A stretch of 64,000 bases of DNA, taken from Octopus vulgaris (Eukaryota). Each line of letters starts with the position of its first letter. The first letter of the stretch is position 1. The stretch lies in the NCBI GenBank assembly GCA_951406725.2, contig OX597838.1:31434001-31498000 (forward strand), read 5' to 3'. Below, piece by piece: positions 17,378 to 31,054 of this stretch. The position numbers were made by a program, and so were the translations under genes. Below the pieces are notes generated by a model. That model saw nothing but the letters and a program-made list of their open reading frames with translations. It did no database searches and had not been told where the DNA came from.

Positions 17378-18031
17378 CGGCAGAATTTGAACTCAGAACA
17401 TAAAGATATGAAATATCGCTAAGCATTTTGCCCGTCATGCTCACAACTCCGCCAGCTCGCTGCCTTGATAATAATGATGATGATAATAATAATAATAATA
17501 ATAATGTTTCATAAAACAGTGTTTATGTTTCATAAGCCATTAAAGTAGGACTGAGATTTCATTGGACAGGAGTCAGTTTACAACCCGATTCTATCACTTT
17601 CCCCAGAGGAATTTAAACTTAGAGTACAAAACAGCGATATTAAGTAGTACACAGGCATTTATTTATATATTTAGATTGCTTTTAAGTCTCCTTCAGTTTT
17701 ACCGGCAGAATTTGAACTCAGAACATAAAGATATGAAATATCGCTAAGCATTTTGCCCGTCATGCTCACAACTCCGCCAGCTCGCTGCCTTGATAATAAT
17801 GATGATGATAATAATAATAATAATAATAATAATAATGTTTCATAAAACAGTGTTTATGTTTCATAAGCCATTAAAGTAGGACTGAGATTTCATTGGACAG
17901 GAGTCAGTTTACAACCCGATTCTATCACTTTCCCCAGAGGAATTTAAACTTAGAGTACAAAACAGCGATATTAAGTAGTACACAGGCATTTATTTATATA
18001 TTTAGATTGCTTTTAAGTCTCCTTCAGTTTT
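17378..18031. repeat. Tandem duplication (17378-17700 and 17703-18031)
   Basis: Identical except for two extra AAT units in the second copy. Confidence 0.92.
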
Positions 18032-18609
18032 GATTCCTCCGAGGGTGCGATAAACTGTGCACCAATCAAGTACCAGGATTACAGGAATCCAATGGTATTC
18101 CTCTGAAATATTTCAATTCATGACAAAACTTGGAGTTTGTATCCATAAATGGCTGATTAGATTTTAGAGAATGTTAAACCATCATCATTTAACACCCACC
18201 TTCCATGCTGGCATGGGTGGGACACTTGATTTATTGCTGCACCACCTTGTTTATAAAAGTAGGTTTGTTTCTGTACTAAAGCCAGAAATATTAATTTCAA
18301 AATATGGCAAAAGGCTAGCAATTTGGAGTGGGGAGAGGGTACATCAGCTTCAGTACTCAACTGGCACTTACTTTATCCACCCTGAAAGAATAAAAGGCAA
18401 AGTCAACCTCAGCAGAATTTGAACTCAAAATATATTACAGTAATTGAACTTAATTGCCAGTAATTGCTAACAATTCTGCCAGCTCTCCATTACAGGGGTT
18501 AGGGTAGGTTCCTTGATTGAAGCTAGATGGATGTCACCACAGTTCTTGGGTCACCAGAGTTTATTTCTGTTTTTCCATTCTAGTAATGTTCTTCGTTCAT
18601 GGTTATAAG

Positions 18610-18843
18610 CAGGGCTGTGGAGTTGGAGTCAGAGTCAGAAACAATTAAGGGGTAGCTGGAGTCAGAGTTAGTAAAACTATACTGACTCTAATTCCAACCC
18701 ACAATGTCTTTATTCTTTAATATAAACTAGTTATAACATAAAGGCCTACTCAAAGTACAAGCGTATGCATATGCTTTAATGTAGACCACAATCACTTAAT
18801 TACATAAGGAGTCAGTGGTGTCAATAGTACAGAAGTCAGAGTT
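18610..18843 (+). mobile_element. Left part of a GGAGTC-repeat MITE, probably hAT-like, interrupted by the Helitron
   Basis: Begins CAGGGCTGTGGAGTTGGAGTCAGAGTC with repeated GGAGTC/GACTC motifs; right TIR not found. Confidence 0.4.
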
Positions 18844-19171
18844 GGCAAAATGTCTGTGTGTGTGTGTCCTTTATACAAATCCACAATTTTTCAGTTAGAG
18901 GGCTTGCACTTTCTATGGTCATTCAAAACCGTTCAAGAGTGGTCGTGCACATCTTTACATTTCCCCATTAAAAAATCAATAGAAGTGACTTTTTTGTGAA
19001 TTTTCTATCCAAAACCCAATCAAAATGCCCGAAACTTGATACGCCAATTGAATGCCAGCTAGCTGTATGTGATCGGTCGGAGATTTGGACAGTACTCACA
19101 TGTGCACACACACGCAGCTGTATATGCATGCACTAGCACTATGACCCGGCAACGCTGGGTCATAGTGCTAC
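18844..19171 (+). mobile_element. 5'-truncated non-autonomous Helitron
   Basis: Starts with TGTCTGTGTGTG; ends in a 17-bp hairpin TAGCACTATGACCCGGC-AAC-GCTGGGTCATAGTGCTA and a degenerate CTAC|T; same terminus as 49381-49430. Confidence 0.65.
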
Positions 19172-21146
19172 TAAGTAATAAAGACATTACCATAACATGG
19201 TGCTAATAGAAGTGATGGGGACAGTTCAATACTCTGGACATCCCCTTAACATATTTGATAGGAAATAATCAAAGGAACACACAAGAGAAAAAAATGAAGC
19301 CAATCACAACAACTGGTCAAGTATATGGTTGGCTGTCAATATGGTTTTCAATTAGACTACCAGAATGACTGAGTACTAAATACTTCAATACAAAAAATGA
19401 AACAAATAAAAATAGTCTTCACCGAGATTCAGTGACTAATGGCTGCATGTTAAATAAAAGCAGGTTGTGAATTCTTGAATTAGAACTAAAAATGTACCCC
19501 ACTCCCAACTCACTGAGAAGCCAAGCCAATCAGAGAATCAAAAAAGGGAGTAGCAAACTAAAAGTAGACACTAAAATCTAGTATATTCTTTCTTATAAAA
19601 CATCCCAGATATGAATGGAATAATAATAGAAATGGTATAGGCATGCAAAGTGCATGCAAAGACAGTAAGTTCCGACCAAGGTGTTCCCGTTATGATCATC
19701 CCAATCATTTTCAAACAATGAATCCAAGACTACCATGATACATTTCTGGGTTCAATTTGCACCAAGGCTGACTTTGTCTCTCATCCTTTCAGGGTTGATA
19801 AAATAAGTACCAGTCGAGTACTGGGGGTCAATGTAATCAGCTTTCCCCTCCCACAAAATTGCTGGACTAGTGCCAAAAATCTGAAATCATTATTATTGAC
19901 ACAGCAAGCTGGCAGAATCATTACAGCACCAGACAAAATCCTAAGAGACATTTCTTCTGGCTTTATGTTCTGGGATCAAATTCCACCAAGGTCGACTTAG
20001 CTTTCATCCTTTCAAATTGATGAAATAAGTATCAGTCGAGCACTGCAGACAGTGTAATCAACTATCTTCCTCCACACAAAATTTCAGGCCTTGTGCATGT
20101 AAAGCATAGGAAAGGATTATTATTATTTTTAAAATGTAAGATGTGATTTGAAGAGAATTTTGCTGTAAGCTGCCCCTCTCTTTTTGGTGGTTCACAGACT
20201 GCACCAGAGTTGAAACAATAAACCTGACACCGCATTCATTCTGCACCACCTCAACCACCATCACTACTACTACTCAGCATAACCTGTAGCAGTTACTTTC
20301 ATCATCAACCTTTAAACATGGGTCTTCAGGGTGTATGTGTGTGTGTGTGTGTATATGTACTATAATTATGTATATTGTATTATATATGAACTTATAGCTG
20401 TCATCTGGTTTATTCTACCCTTCAAAAATGTAACAGATATTAAATAGGTTACTCAGAGTGGTTTCAGGTCAGAGACAGAGCAGTAAAACCAGCCACCGTA
20501 AAAGACATAATAAAAACCTTCTGTAACCACGATTACACCATAACACCATTCATTTACTTTTACAACACAAGCCGGAAGTGGCTGCTCCACATGCTGGCTC
20601 TGGCCACTAGAAACTGTAGCCAAGTCTCCATCCCTCTAATCACACATCTTTAAAAAGGTGGTGAATACATTGGATAATGTAGGCTTAAACAGTTGAGCTG
20701 GGCATGAATGGAATGCAGTTGACATAATCTGTGCGATCTGGGTTGACCTGGGATTAAACGTTTTCCTTAATTCGTTACAACACATCGTTAGTATGTGTGT
20801 GTGTGTGTGTGCATGTGTATCTTTTACTTGTTTCAGTCACTGGACTGCAGCCATGCTGGGTCTCTACCTTGAAGGGTTTAATTGAACAAATTGACCCCAA
20901 TACTTATATGTAACAAATAAACATACACAGGGAGATAGTATTATTAATCTGTTGCTACTAACTTTCACTTTCTATAGCCTGAAGTTGGCAAGATGATAAC
21001 CTCATGTACAGGAGGACACTGATCTGCTGCAAGATTCCATGGTGATTTGAGGCCCTTTTCTCTAGTCTCCAGATGGGCACACACATAACAGATTCAAATA
21101 GTCATACGCACACAGATATATCAACATCTCTTTATATGTTTATGTG

Positions 21147-21187
<41 letters not shown>

Positions 21188-21213
21188 AATTTCTCAATGA
21201 TCTTGGTATTTGA

Positions 21214-21433
21214 CCCTTTCATTACTGTATTTATTTTGAGATGTTCTGTGTGTCTTTCAATTACTTTAAATATAACAAAGAATTTAGTAAAATAACTTAG
21301 TCATCATTAAGCTAGTGTTAGGAACATAAATTGTGAATAAGGTTTGGTGGAAGATTTTAATTCAGAACTTTTGAAAACAAAACATTTGTACTCTGAGCCA
21401 GAGCCAGTTACAGTCGGGTTGGTAACGAAAGGG
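21214..21433. mobile_element. piggyBac-type MITE, second copy
   Basis: TTGA|CCCTTTCATTAC...GTAACGAAAGGG|TTAA; the interior aligns with 9093-9301. Confidence 0.8.
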
Positions 21434-22168
21434 TTAATAAGTGAAGAGATCTCAGCTGGTTTATGTGGTCCAGCTCCAGGTATAAAACAACGATCTAGAG
21501 AGAGAGAGAGAGAGACAGACAAACAGGTCAAAGATCTGAGAGTAAAGTCGGTACAAAGTAGAACAACTGTGTGGGTGATTCAGCACTAAAAGACATCTGT
21601 TGAGAACATGCAGAGTTACCTGAGTTACGTTCTGGAAAGTGTAGGGAGGGTATTATTCAATTGTTGAAATACCATCCCAAATTTAGAACAACAACAATAA
21701 CGAAATAGTTATACAATTACACACGTACACCCACACATATCTGACAGTAGTGAAAGGTAAATGAACTAGACATGTAACAAGCTGAAGATATAAAAGTTTC
21801 AAGTCAGCCTATAAGCAATTACAGTGCATGTGGGCACCACCCAGGTAGCAGTGTTGAATGAACATATGAGGAAGCCTCTTGACTGTTTAGAAAGAGTAGT
21901 CAAATCTTTGTCTGTCTCCTCTCTTAGATTACACCTCACTGTCTTTAAAAAAAGTCATTGGACAACGTAGCTTTCCTAGATACACTGACATATGAGATTG
22001 CCATGTGCAGATCACCTTACATCAGAGATCTGCTGAAGCAGAGCAGACCAAGGCCCAAGTAACAAGAGTAGCAGAAAATACAGTGAGTTGGTCGAACTCT
22101 CTGAAAAAACAATGAATAGGAAGTAATATTCCTTCCTGTAAAGATAGGTGTCAGAGGATTTGTCTTCA

Positions 22169-22206
<38 letters not shown>

Positions 22207-23612
22207 ATGAACTTCAAGTGCACAGCCAGCATATTTTCACAGTGATGTAAATTGGGGAATGTCTGTCAACTCTATACTCTTCATCCTACTTTAATTTCTT
22301 TAGTGGTAATGGTGCTATGGGTCAAAAGAGATCCCAGCATTATTCCACATCGCCATTCTGTTACTTCATAAGATGTGTTCTTCATAGTAAAGCAAAATTG
22401 CACATACATCCATCATTTCATCATCCTTGTTCTACCAACCACTTTTGCTACTCGCATAGAATTAGCTGAGGAAAATTTTCTATAGCCTGATGCCCTTCCT
22501 GTCACCAACCCTCACTCATTTCCAAGCAAGGTGATATGACCAGACGTGTTTCATGGAAGATTGGAAGCAAAAGACACCACTTGTATGACAGTGGCGCTTG
22601 TTTACAACTATTACACACAAGTCAAGGTAAGGAGATGGTAACACACACACACACACAGAAGACTTCTTAGTAAATCTAACCACAAGTCTTTGGTTGACCC
22701 AAGGCCATAGCAGAAGACAGTTGCCAAGGAACCATGCAGTGGGACTGAACCTGAAACCATGTGGTTTGGAAGCAAACTTCTTGCTACACAGCCATGCCTG
22801 CACCTATACAACACAATGGGTGTACATTGAAATGGCTGTAAAGACAATTACCATAAGTGAAAAGGATTCACACTACAACATCCAAACCAGCTAGGTCATG
22901 GAGGATGGATTTTGCCTGGCTTTGCTGATATCTCCTGGTTCAATGTGATTGTTTCATGTGTGTGTACCTCCATTATACACGTATTCACACACACACAGAG
23001 GTAAATACATAAATATACACATATAATTATAAACATTATATACATACATACACAGCACATGCTTATACTGTATAGATATATATATGTATATAGATGTCTG
23101 CATGTATGTGTGCATTTCCTATACATAAATTATATAGGTCTGTGTATGGAATATGTGTGTCACTTAAATACACACAAGCATATACATTCAAACATTTACA
23201 CATATACATACATGTAGCACACATAGACAGTTCATATATACAAGAAGTTCAGTCGTGTTTAATAGTTTCAACAACACAAACATAATAAAACCTGTTTTTA
23301 ACAAGATAATATAGTCATTGAACCTGCTAGAAATAGCAACCATATCACCTTCTGACTACACCACTATGTCTGGGAAAAATAGGATGGTCATATCTGGAAC
23401 ACCATAAGGTTTCCTTGATCAGAGTTGCAAACAAGCCCTATACATAGTCACTAGACCTAGTAGATACAGTAACCAACTTTCATTCTAATGTCTTGGAAAA
23501 GAATATATATTGGTCAATAGAGTCCAAAGTGTTTTGTGCCTGGGAAAAAGAAGGAATGCCAATAAGCATTTTGTCCAAGCACTAAATGATTCTACCAACT
23601 TACTGCATTCAA

Positions 23613-23658
<46 letters not shown>

Positions 23659-23659
23659 A

Positions 23660-23708
<49 letters not shown>

Positions 23709-26617
23709 TGTTTTTGAGTATACATTGTCTGGGAGACTCTTCTTATAATAGGGGAAATAGCTAAATTCTTTGGCTGCTATTTCTAAAAGTTCAGTGTGTG
23801 GTAAAGTAAATTTTTTTGCTGAACCCTTATTATATAAAGTAATGTTTTATATATATATAATATACACCAGTTTTTATACACAAATACAGATCTTCACAAC
23901 ACACACTATGAAGGAAATATATAATGTAAACAATCCAGATAGAAAAATAAAGCTCAATACAATGAAGTAAAATGATCAGTTACACACACACACACAAGAA
24001 TGCATGTAAACATATAGTGAAGCACTACTACAGAACTACTATGTGCCCATATTTCGATGCTAGCAAAAGCATGAGGAATTAAGAAAATTAAATGATTTCA
24101 GAGTGAGATTAACTGTCCCATTGCTCACAATTCGCAACTGTTGAAGTAAGGCGGAACAATGTCATTAACCAAGCAGGCAGAAAGAATGTGACAATATGCC
24201 TTGCTTGAGGGCAAGACACATTGGTTTTAGCCACGTGGTCCACAGAATCCAGTTGATTAACTCCCATAGAGTATCAATCATTGTTTGGCGTATTTATTCT
24301 CAAGTCTTTGTTAACACAGATTAACTATAAAGAAGTAGTCGTAGTAGCAATAGTAAAGAAGGTTAGGAAAGCATGATAATATCTGTTTGGGACAAGGCTA
24401 TCATTGATGCAAAAGTAGTCAATGAAATGGAACCTAAACGAGAAAAAGAAAGGTATCACCAGGAATAGGAAAGTAGAGTTGTACAAAATTGTTTAACATT
24501 AGCAAATATGTATGCACGTTATGCATTATGTATAAAACCCATTGTATGTCTATGCACATGTATCTGAACAGAGATACAGATGTGTATGTCTGCACATATC
24601 AGATATATAAATATATAAGAAGGTAGTGCTTAAACATGGCCTTAATGTTTGTTAATGGCTAAAACAAATTATATATATATATATATATATATAATGTGTG
24701 TGTGTGTTCCATTTGTAATGTGTGCATGTATGTCTGTACCTATCGACAAGCCAATACTGCTTCAGTCATTAACCAGCAGCCTATCAAACATTACCAACAG
24801 ACACTACTATTTGCTTTGCCGATTCCCCTGTCACACACAATCATAGAAACTGTTGAGTAATCATAAACGCCTCTTCTCCCCCAATCTCACACACTTTTCT
24901 TTGTTACCTCTTTGTACCCTCACATAACCTTTCTAGCTAACCATTTCTCTGTCTCTTTTCAGTATATCTCATCTTACAATGTCTTCTTTCCTCAATTTCT
25001 CGCTCTAAAATTATTAGTGTCAAATGGCACGACCTGCTTCTAGGCAGGAAGGTCAGCCTTTTTGTAAATCGACCTTTTGCACCTGGAGCAAAACTGTCTT
25101 TTCTCACTGACCAAGGCAATCACCACGAATAATTAAATACGATCAAGATAGTCAGTCAATCATACTGACAACATTTAATACACTAATGAATACACACAGA
25201 GCAACCAAAGTAATGCAAAAACAGGTGGACACTTCTAAGTTTGGTCTTTTAGCTGATTTAGTAGTACTGGCAATAAAAAAAGGGTTTCCCCAATACCATC
25301 ATTTTTGTCCAACACTACAGTAAAAAAAAAAGGGAGAGCAAAAAATTTCACTGATATAGGAGAGGGTGATTGTCACTTTGAGAACCCCTTGTCTTTAGAA
25401 CATCAGAGTTTGGAATCTAATCAAAGGGGAATAGTAATATACTGTACACATAGCCAACTAGTTTGGTCAGGGCAGTAGCTAAGAAACTCTGCTTAATTAG
25501 AGATTCCCATATTATTAAAAATAATCTTTATTGTGATGATAATATTCCTACAGATTTCTTCTTCATAACAGTCAGTACAAAATCCCAGCCCCGAATGAGG
25601 ACCATACAGTAAGTTTCATACAAGACTACTAATTGCTTAAAACATGCTTTTTGTTTTAAGATGGCCAGGATATGATTTAAGGGAATTGGCTGTTATTTCT
25701 AAAAAGCTCAAGTAAAAAGTAATCCAGGCTCCTTAACCAATTTGCCTGTTCTGTGTGCCATGCGTGAAACACAGGACCTATTTTCCAAACATCCCTGCAT
25801 CATATACGATATACTCTCCCTTTTTTTTTTTCTTTTATTTCCGACCACCAGAGTAACATGAGATTTATGCAAGGGAAGCTTTCTATTATTCAAAATACAC
25901 GAAACAAAGGCTTAACTAAAAGTCTGAAAACAGGCATGAACATTTTAGGACAAACTTGTGAAAATGTTTTGGACAGGTAATAGGTAAAATAGAACAAGAC
26001 TTTTAACTATTTTGTAAAGATTACTAGTTTTAAAATTCCTTCATGTCCCACCATTAGATAACTACAATGACTATGTGCATGCACCTGTGTGTGTGTGTGT
26101 GTTACATACAAACAATTTATTAAGTCAATAGAAGTTTATCTAGGATCCACAGCCCAAATATTTCACACACACATACATATTCATGCAATAGGCAGCAACT
26201 TAAACTGCTAGTACAAAGAGATCTAACAGGTGTATTACACACAACTAAAGCAAGTCATGCTGTACAACTGAACCAACACCAAACACACTCCTTGCTCTGT
26301 CACTGCGAGAAAGGAGAGTGGGGAGAGTGTGTGTGTGGGGGGGGGGAGCCGGCTATGAAGGTAGGAGGGAAGATTCTTAATATTGGGAGGGGGGGGAGTA
26401 GTTTGCTGCAGTAAAATGATTTTTCTACCTCAGTACGTACATGTTTGCTAGGAAGACAATAAAATCAATGGCAATGAATCTAGGTTATCTCTATCTGGCA
26501 TGATATAGAAATAGCAAAAACAACCAAAACAAATAAATACATAAATAACGTTTGTAATCCTCCACACAGCAACACACCAAACCTCATAACACAGTTTATG
26601 TAAGGAAGGGAATTAGG

Positions 26618-26653
<36 letters not shown>

Positions 26654-28879
26654 TATATATACACACCTGCACGCACATACATGTATATAGGTGTACATAT
26701 ACATGTATATTACACACACATAGCCATATATATACATGCATGTGTGTATGAATATGAATATATATATATATATATACTCTCATACACACACACACACATT
26801 ACATTTGTAAATAAATCCCCGATTACGCTCAAGTTTGATCTTTTACATTAAGGATTTTTCCATATTCCTTTTCTAAGTCCTTTACATTCTTAAAATCCAT
26901 TAACATACTCTATCTCATCTTCATCTTCATCCTCAGAATAAAATCTGTAGAATGCCGTTTTCAAGTACTTTGCATTGGTTTACAAAGGATCATATGAACA
27001 GTGGTGAATTTTCGTTCTCTTCTCTTTTCTTTCCCTTCACAAAGCCAGATTTAAAAATTGTTTGACGATAAAGTTCAGTTATTTTCATTGGTAATTCCAT
27101 CTGTTGAATTTTGACCAATATGTTTTGGATCAGCAAAGTTCCTGGAGACACCCATCTCACCGAGTGGGGGAATTCCATATGGAATTGTGCTGTCTGCTAT
27201 TGTTTTCCTATAAATATTTTAGTGCATATACACTATTTACTGTATTTGCAATAGCTTCTTGTAAATGGAAGCCCAAACATCCAGAAAGTGTTGTACTTGT
27301 ATGACCCAAGAAGCAGTTTGATTCATGAGGTTTACAACTCCTATGGCTTCCATTGCAATCGAGATATGACATTGGTAATTTGAAGAAAATTCTGTAATTT
27401 GTTGAGTTTGAGTTAACAGAGATTTTCTTTCTAATATTTATGTAATGTATGTAGGTGCAGGCTTGAACATGTGAATAAGAGGTTCATTTCTTAATCATAG
27501 TTTCAGCTCCTGTTCTACTACATGGTACCTTGGACAGATGTGTTCAGCTAGAGCCCCAGAATGACCAAAGTTTTGAGAATGGATTTGAAGACACAAACTA
27601 AAATAAACCAGTTATATATATATATATAATGCAAGCAGGAAAAATGAATGGTAAATGATGATAATGGTTATGTGTGTGTGTGTGTGTGTGTGTATACACT
27701 TTTTTTGGCATTGCATGCTGGTTGTAAAATGCATGTCATTGATATACTATGTTCACTTCCAATTTTTTTATGAAAAACACATCTGACCATGAGGAAATAT
27801 TACCTTGCTTGGAAACAGGTGATTGTTAGCAACAGGAAGGAGATCCAGTCGTAGAAATACTATGGTAACAAATTTTGTCTGACCCAAGCAAGATTAGCGA
27901 TACGTTTGCATAATTGATTTCATATTTCCCCTCCTATATTCACTCCTCGGTTCGAAAACACTGGATTCACTAATGAAATGATTAGCTTGCAGTGCATTAC
28001 AGAAGCTTGTCCAGGCTTGACATACCTTAGCACTATTTGTGACATTTGTAAACAAAAGGTCCATTTCAGTGCTTGTTTCCAGTTCTCCACAGAATGCACA
28101 TCCAGCTTGTTTGCTGCCTGACAGACAGAATGCAAGATATTATGCGTCTTGGAAACGGGTTAGTGGCTGACAACAGGAAGAGCATTTGGCTATAGAAAAC
28201 TCTTCCCCAGCACATTCTCATCTGACCCACATAAGCATGGAAAAGCAGTCATTAAAACGATGATGATTCAAGGAGTTTGCGGCTGTACTTCACACATGTG
28301 GTTACTTTTTACTTCTGAGTTTCTTGCATGGATATTTTAGTTAGGTAAAACATTTACTGTAGCAGTTTCAGTGAAAATTACTCAATATTCCAGTAGGATA
28401 ATTTTCAAATCTAGCACTTGTAGAACTTTGATCATCATCATTACTCAAAGAACCAACAAAAACCAAACAGGAAGCAATGGTCTTAACAAAGAATTGAAAT
28501 TCATCATGAAAATATGTGTGCACATGTGTATGTGTAGATATATATCGATGCGTATGTGTATCAATATTGTTATATTTACTTTTATATCTACATGGGCAGA
28601 AGGAATTTTTTTTGTACACATATTTTTTCTTTCATTCCATCTTGTACACAAATTCTTCCACGCTTGTTTCGAAGCAAGGTAATATTTCTCCTGGATGGAT
28701 ATGTTTCCAAAGAAGAATAGAAACAAATAACACTGCTTGTATGAGTGATGCATCTTTAAAAACATCAAGTGATACCAAATCAAGGAATCAAAAGACACAC
28801 ACACATATCAATATATATATATATTCATAAATATACACTCACACATACATGTAATTATAAACAATATGATTTGGCCAAA

Positions 28880-29787
28880 ACTTGGCCCAAGACATGTCTA
28901 GCTTAATAGCATCACCTGAATGAATATGTAAAGCCATTTTAAAGTCATTTTCTAGTATCGTGGCCCGTTCAAGCAGAGCGATGTACCAGGTATAGATGGC
29001 CTTGTCTAGTATCGCTTGAAGAAACTTATCCAGGTATCATTTATTGGTGATAAGAATCATTTTTACTGTTGATTTATTTAATAGGACAAAGCCTGTTGAG
29101 GAAAAGTAATTTGTATTGCAGCGTGTTTATATGCTGTGAGTCTGAATTGTGTAGGGGAACACATGGCACAGGCTCCTCGCTCTGAATGAATTCTGAATTT
29201 GATGTTAAGGTCATTTAGGTCATGATGGTGGTATTTTCCCCACATTGTGCAAATGATGTAGCAATCATAGTGGCACTGCAGAAAAGGAAGTTTCAGCAGT
29301 CCCAATAATTGAAAGTAATCATGCCCTTTTTATTGTTTTCAGTGATTGCTCTCCGAGGTGTTTTCAATTCTTGTAATGTTTTTGTTTGGTATTGGAAGAC
29401 CATGGGAAGCAGCAGTGTTCTAGGTGTGGCCATACAAAGAAGGAATAAAGGAGGAGGATGAAACGTGGCTCTCTGGACCAGAGAGTTCTGAGGATCCAAG
29501 AGTTCATTCTATGAACCATATCACCTTTATTGTTGATGTGAGCCATCTAGCTAAAACTGTTGTCAACAATTCTAACAATCCTAGGTCTCATATCATTGGA
29601 TGCCATGCGTTGTGGTTCTCCTGAAGATAATATAGCTGTTTAAACATACTCTCTTTTCCAAAGTGCAGTAGTTTACTAGAGATTGCAATATTGCATAATT
29701 TGAATAGTAGGGCAGTAGTTTACTAGAGATTGCAATATTGCATAATTTGAATAGTAGGACATTGCAACCAATTCTGTCAAAGATTTC
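28880..29787 (-). mobile_element. Degenerate CR1/L2-group LINE, 3' part of the RT ORF
   Basis: Interrupted minus-strand translation KLLHFGK..HINNK..RMNSWILRTLWSREPRFILLLYSFFVWPHLEHCCFPWS..YLDKFLQAILDK resembles the CR1 post-RT region (LYxxxVRPHLEYCxxxWSP); internal 47-bp tandem duplication at 29665-29758. Confidence 0.75.
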
Positions 29788-30423
29788 ACACACACACACA
29801 CACATACATATAAACATTATAACATCAGTGTTCAAGCCAGCACCAAACATCATCATCATCGTTTAACGTTCATTTTCCATGCTAGCATGTGTTGGACAGT
29901 TCGACCGGGGTCTGGGAAGACAAAAGGCTGCGCCAGGCTCCAGTCTGATCTGGCAGTGTTTCTACAGCTGGATGCCCTTCCTAATGCCAACCACTCCGTG
30001 ATTGTAGTTGGTGCTTTTTACGTGCCACCGGCATGGATATCCTCAAGGTGATATAAAAGATATGTTGAGCAGCCATTTTATATAAATATGACGGAATCTC
30101 CTGTTGAAGATGACGTATGAGCATTCAGTTTTTGCTGAATGATCTGCACAGAATGGTTTGTTCATAGTGATCAAATGTATGTCCTGTACATCAGCACACT
30201 CCTTCCATCAAACTGACATTACCTGAACAGGTGCAAGGTGTACCACACATCAAGTTTCAAAGAGACAGAGTATCGCAAGGTGAAGAGTCTTGCTCAAGAA
30301 CACAACACACCAACTGGTCGAAGAAATGAAACCACGATCTCACAATCATGAGTGCAACTCCCTAACCACTAGGCTATGCACTTCCATATATGAACAAATA
30401 TATATTCATATCAATATATACAC

Positions 30424-30476
<53 letters not shown>

Positions 30477-30887
30477 CACATTTGTATACATACATAAGTA
30501 CATGCAAGTATATATTATATATATGCACATACTTGTATACATACATAAGTGTGTGTGTGTGTGTGTATACATATGCATGAAAATATTTGTATACACACAT
30601 AAGTGTGTATGTGTGTATATTCACAAATTAGTATACATCATAATCACTGCTTTAATATCCCTTTTCCATGCTTGCATGTGTCAATTGGAACTTGTTGAGG
30701 CAAATTTTTCAACAGCCAGATTACACCGCATGTTGCCAACCGTCTCATTCCAAACAAGGTAATATTTCCCCACGTCCAGGACATGTTTTTGCAGAATATT
30801 GGATTGAAACGAATGTCACTGCTTGCATACCAGTAATACAACTGCCACAATGTCAAAAGAGGGAGTCAGAAACATACACTCACATGC

Positions 30888-30925
<38 letters not shown>

Positions 30926-31004
30926 TGGGCTTTTTTTCATATATCTAATGCATTCTATAAGGCTTTAGTCAGTCAGCAGTTATAATAGTACACGTGTGTG
31001 TATG

Positions 31005-31054
<50 letters not shown>

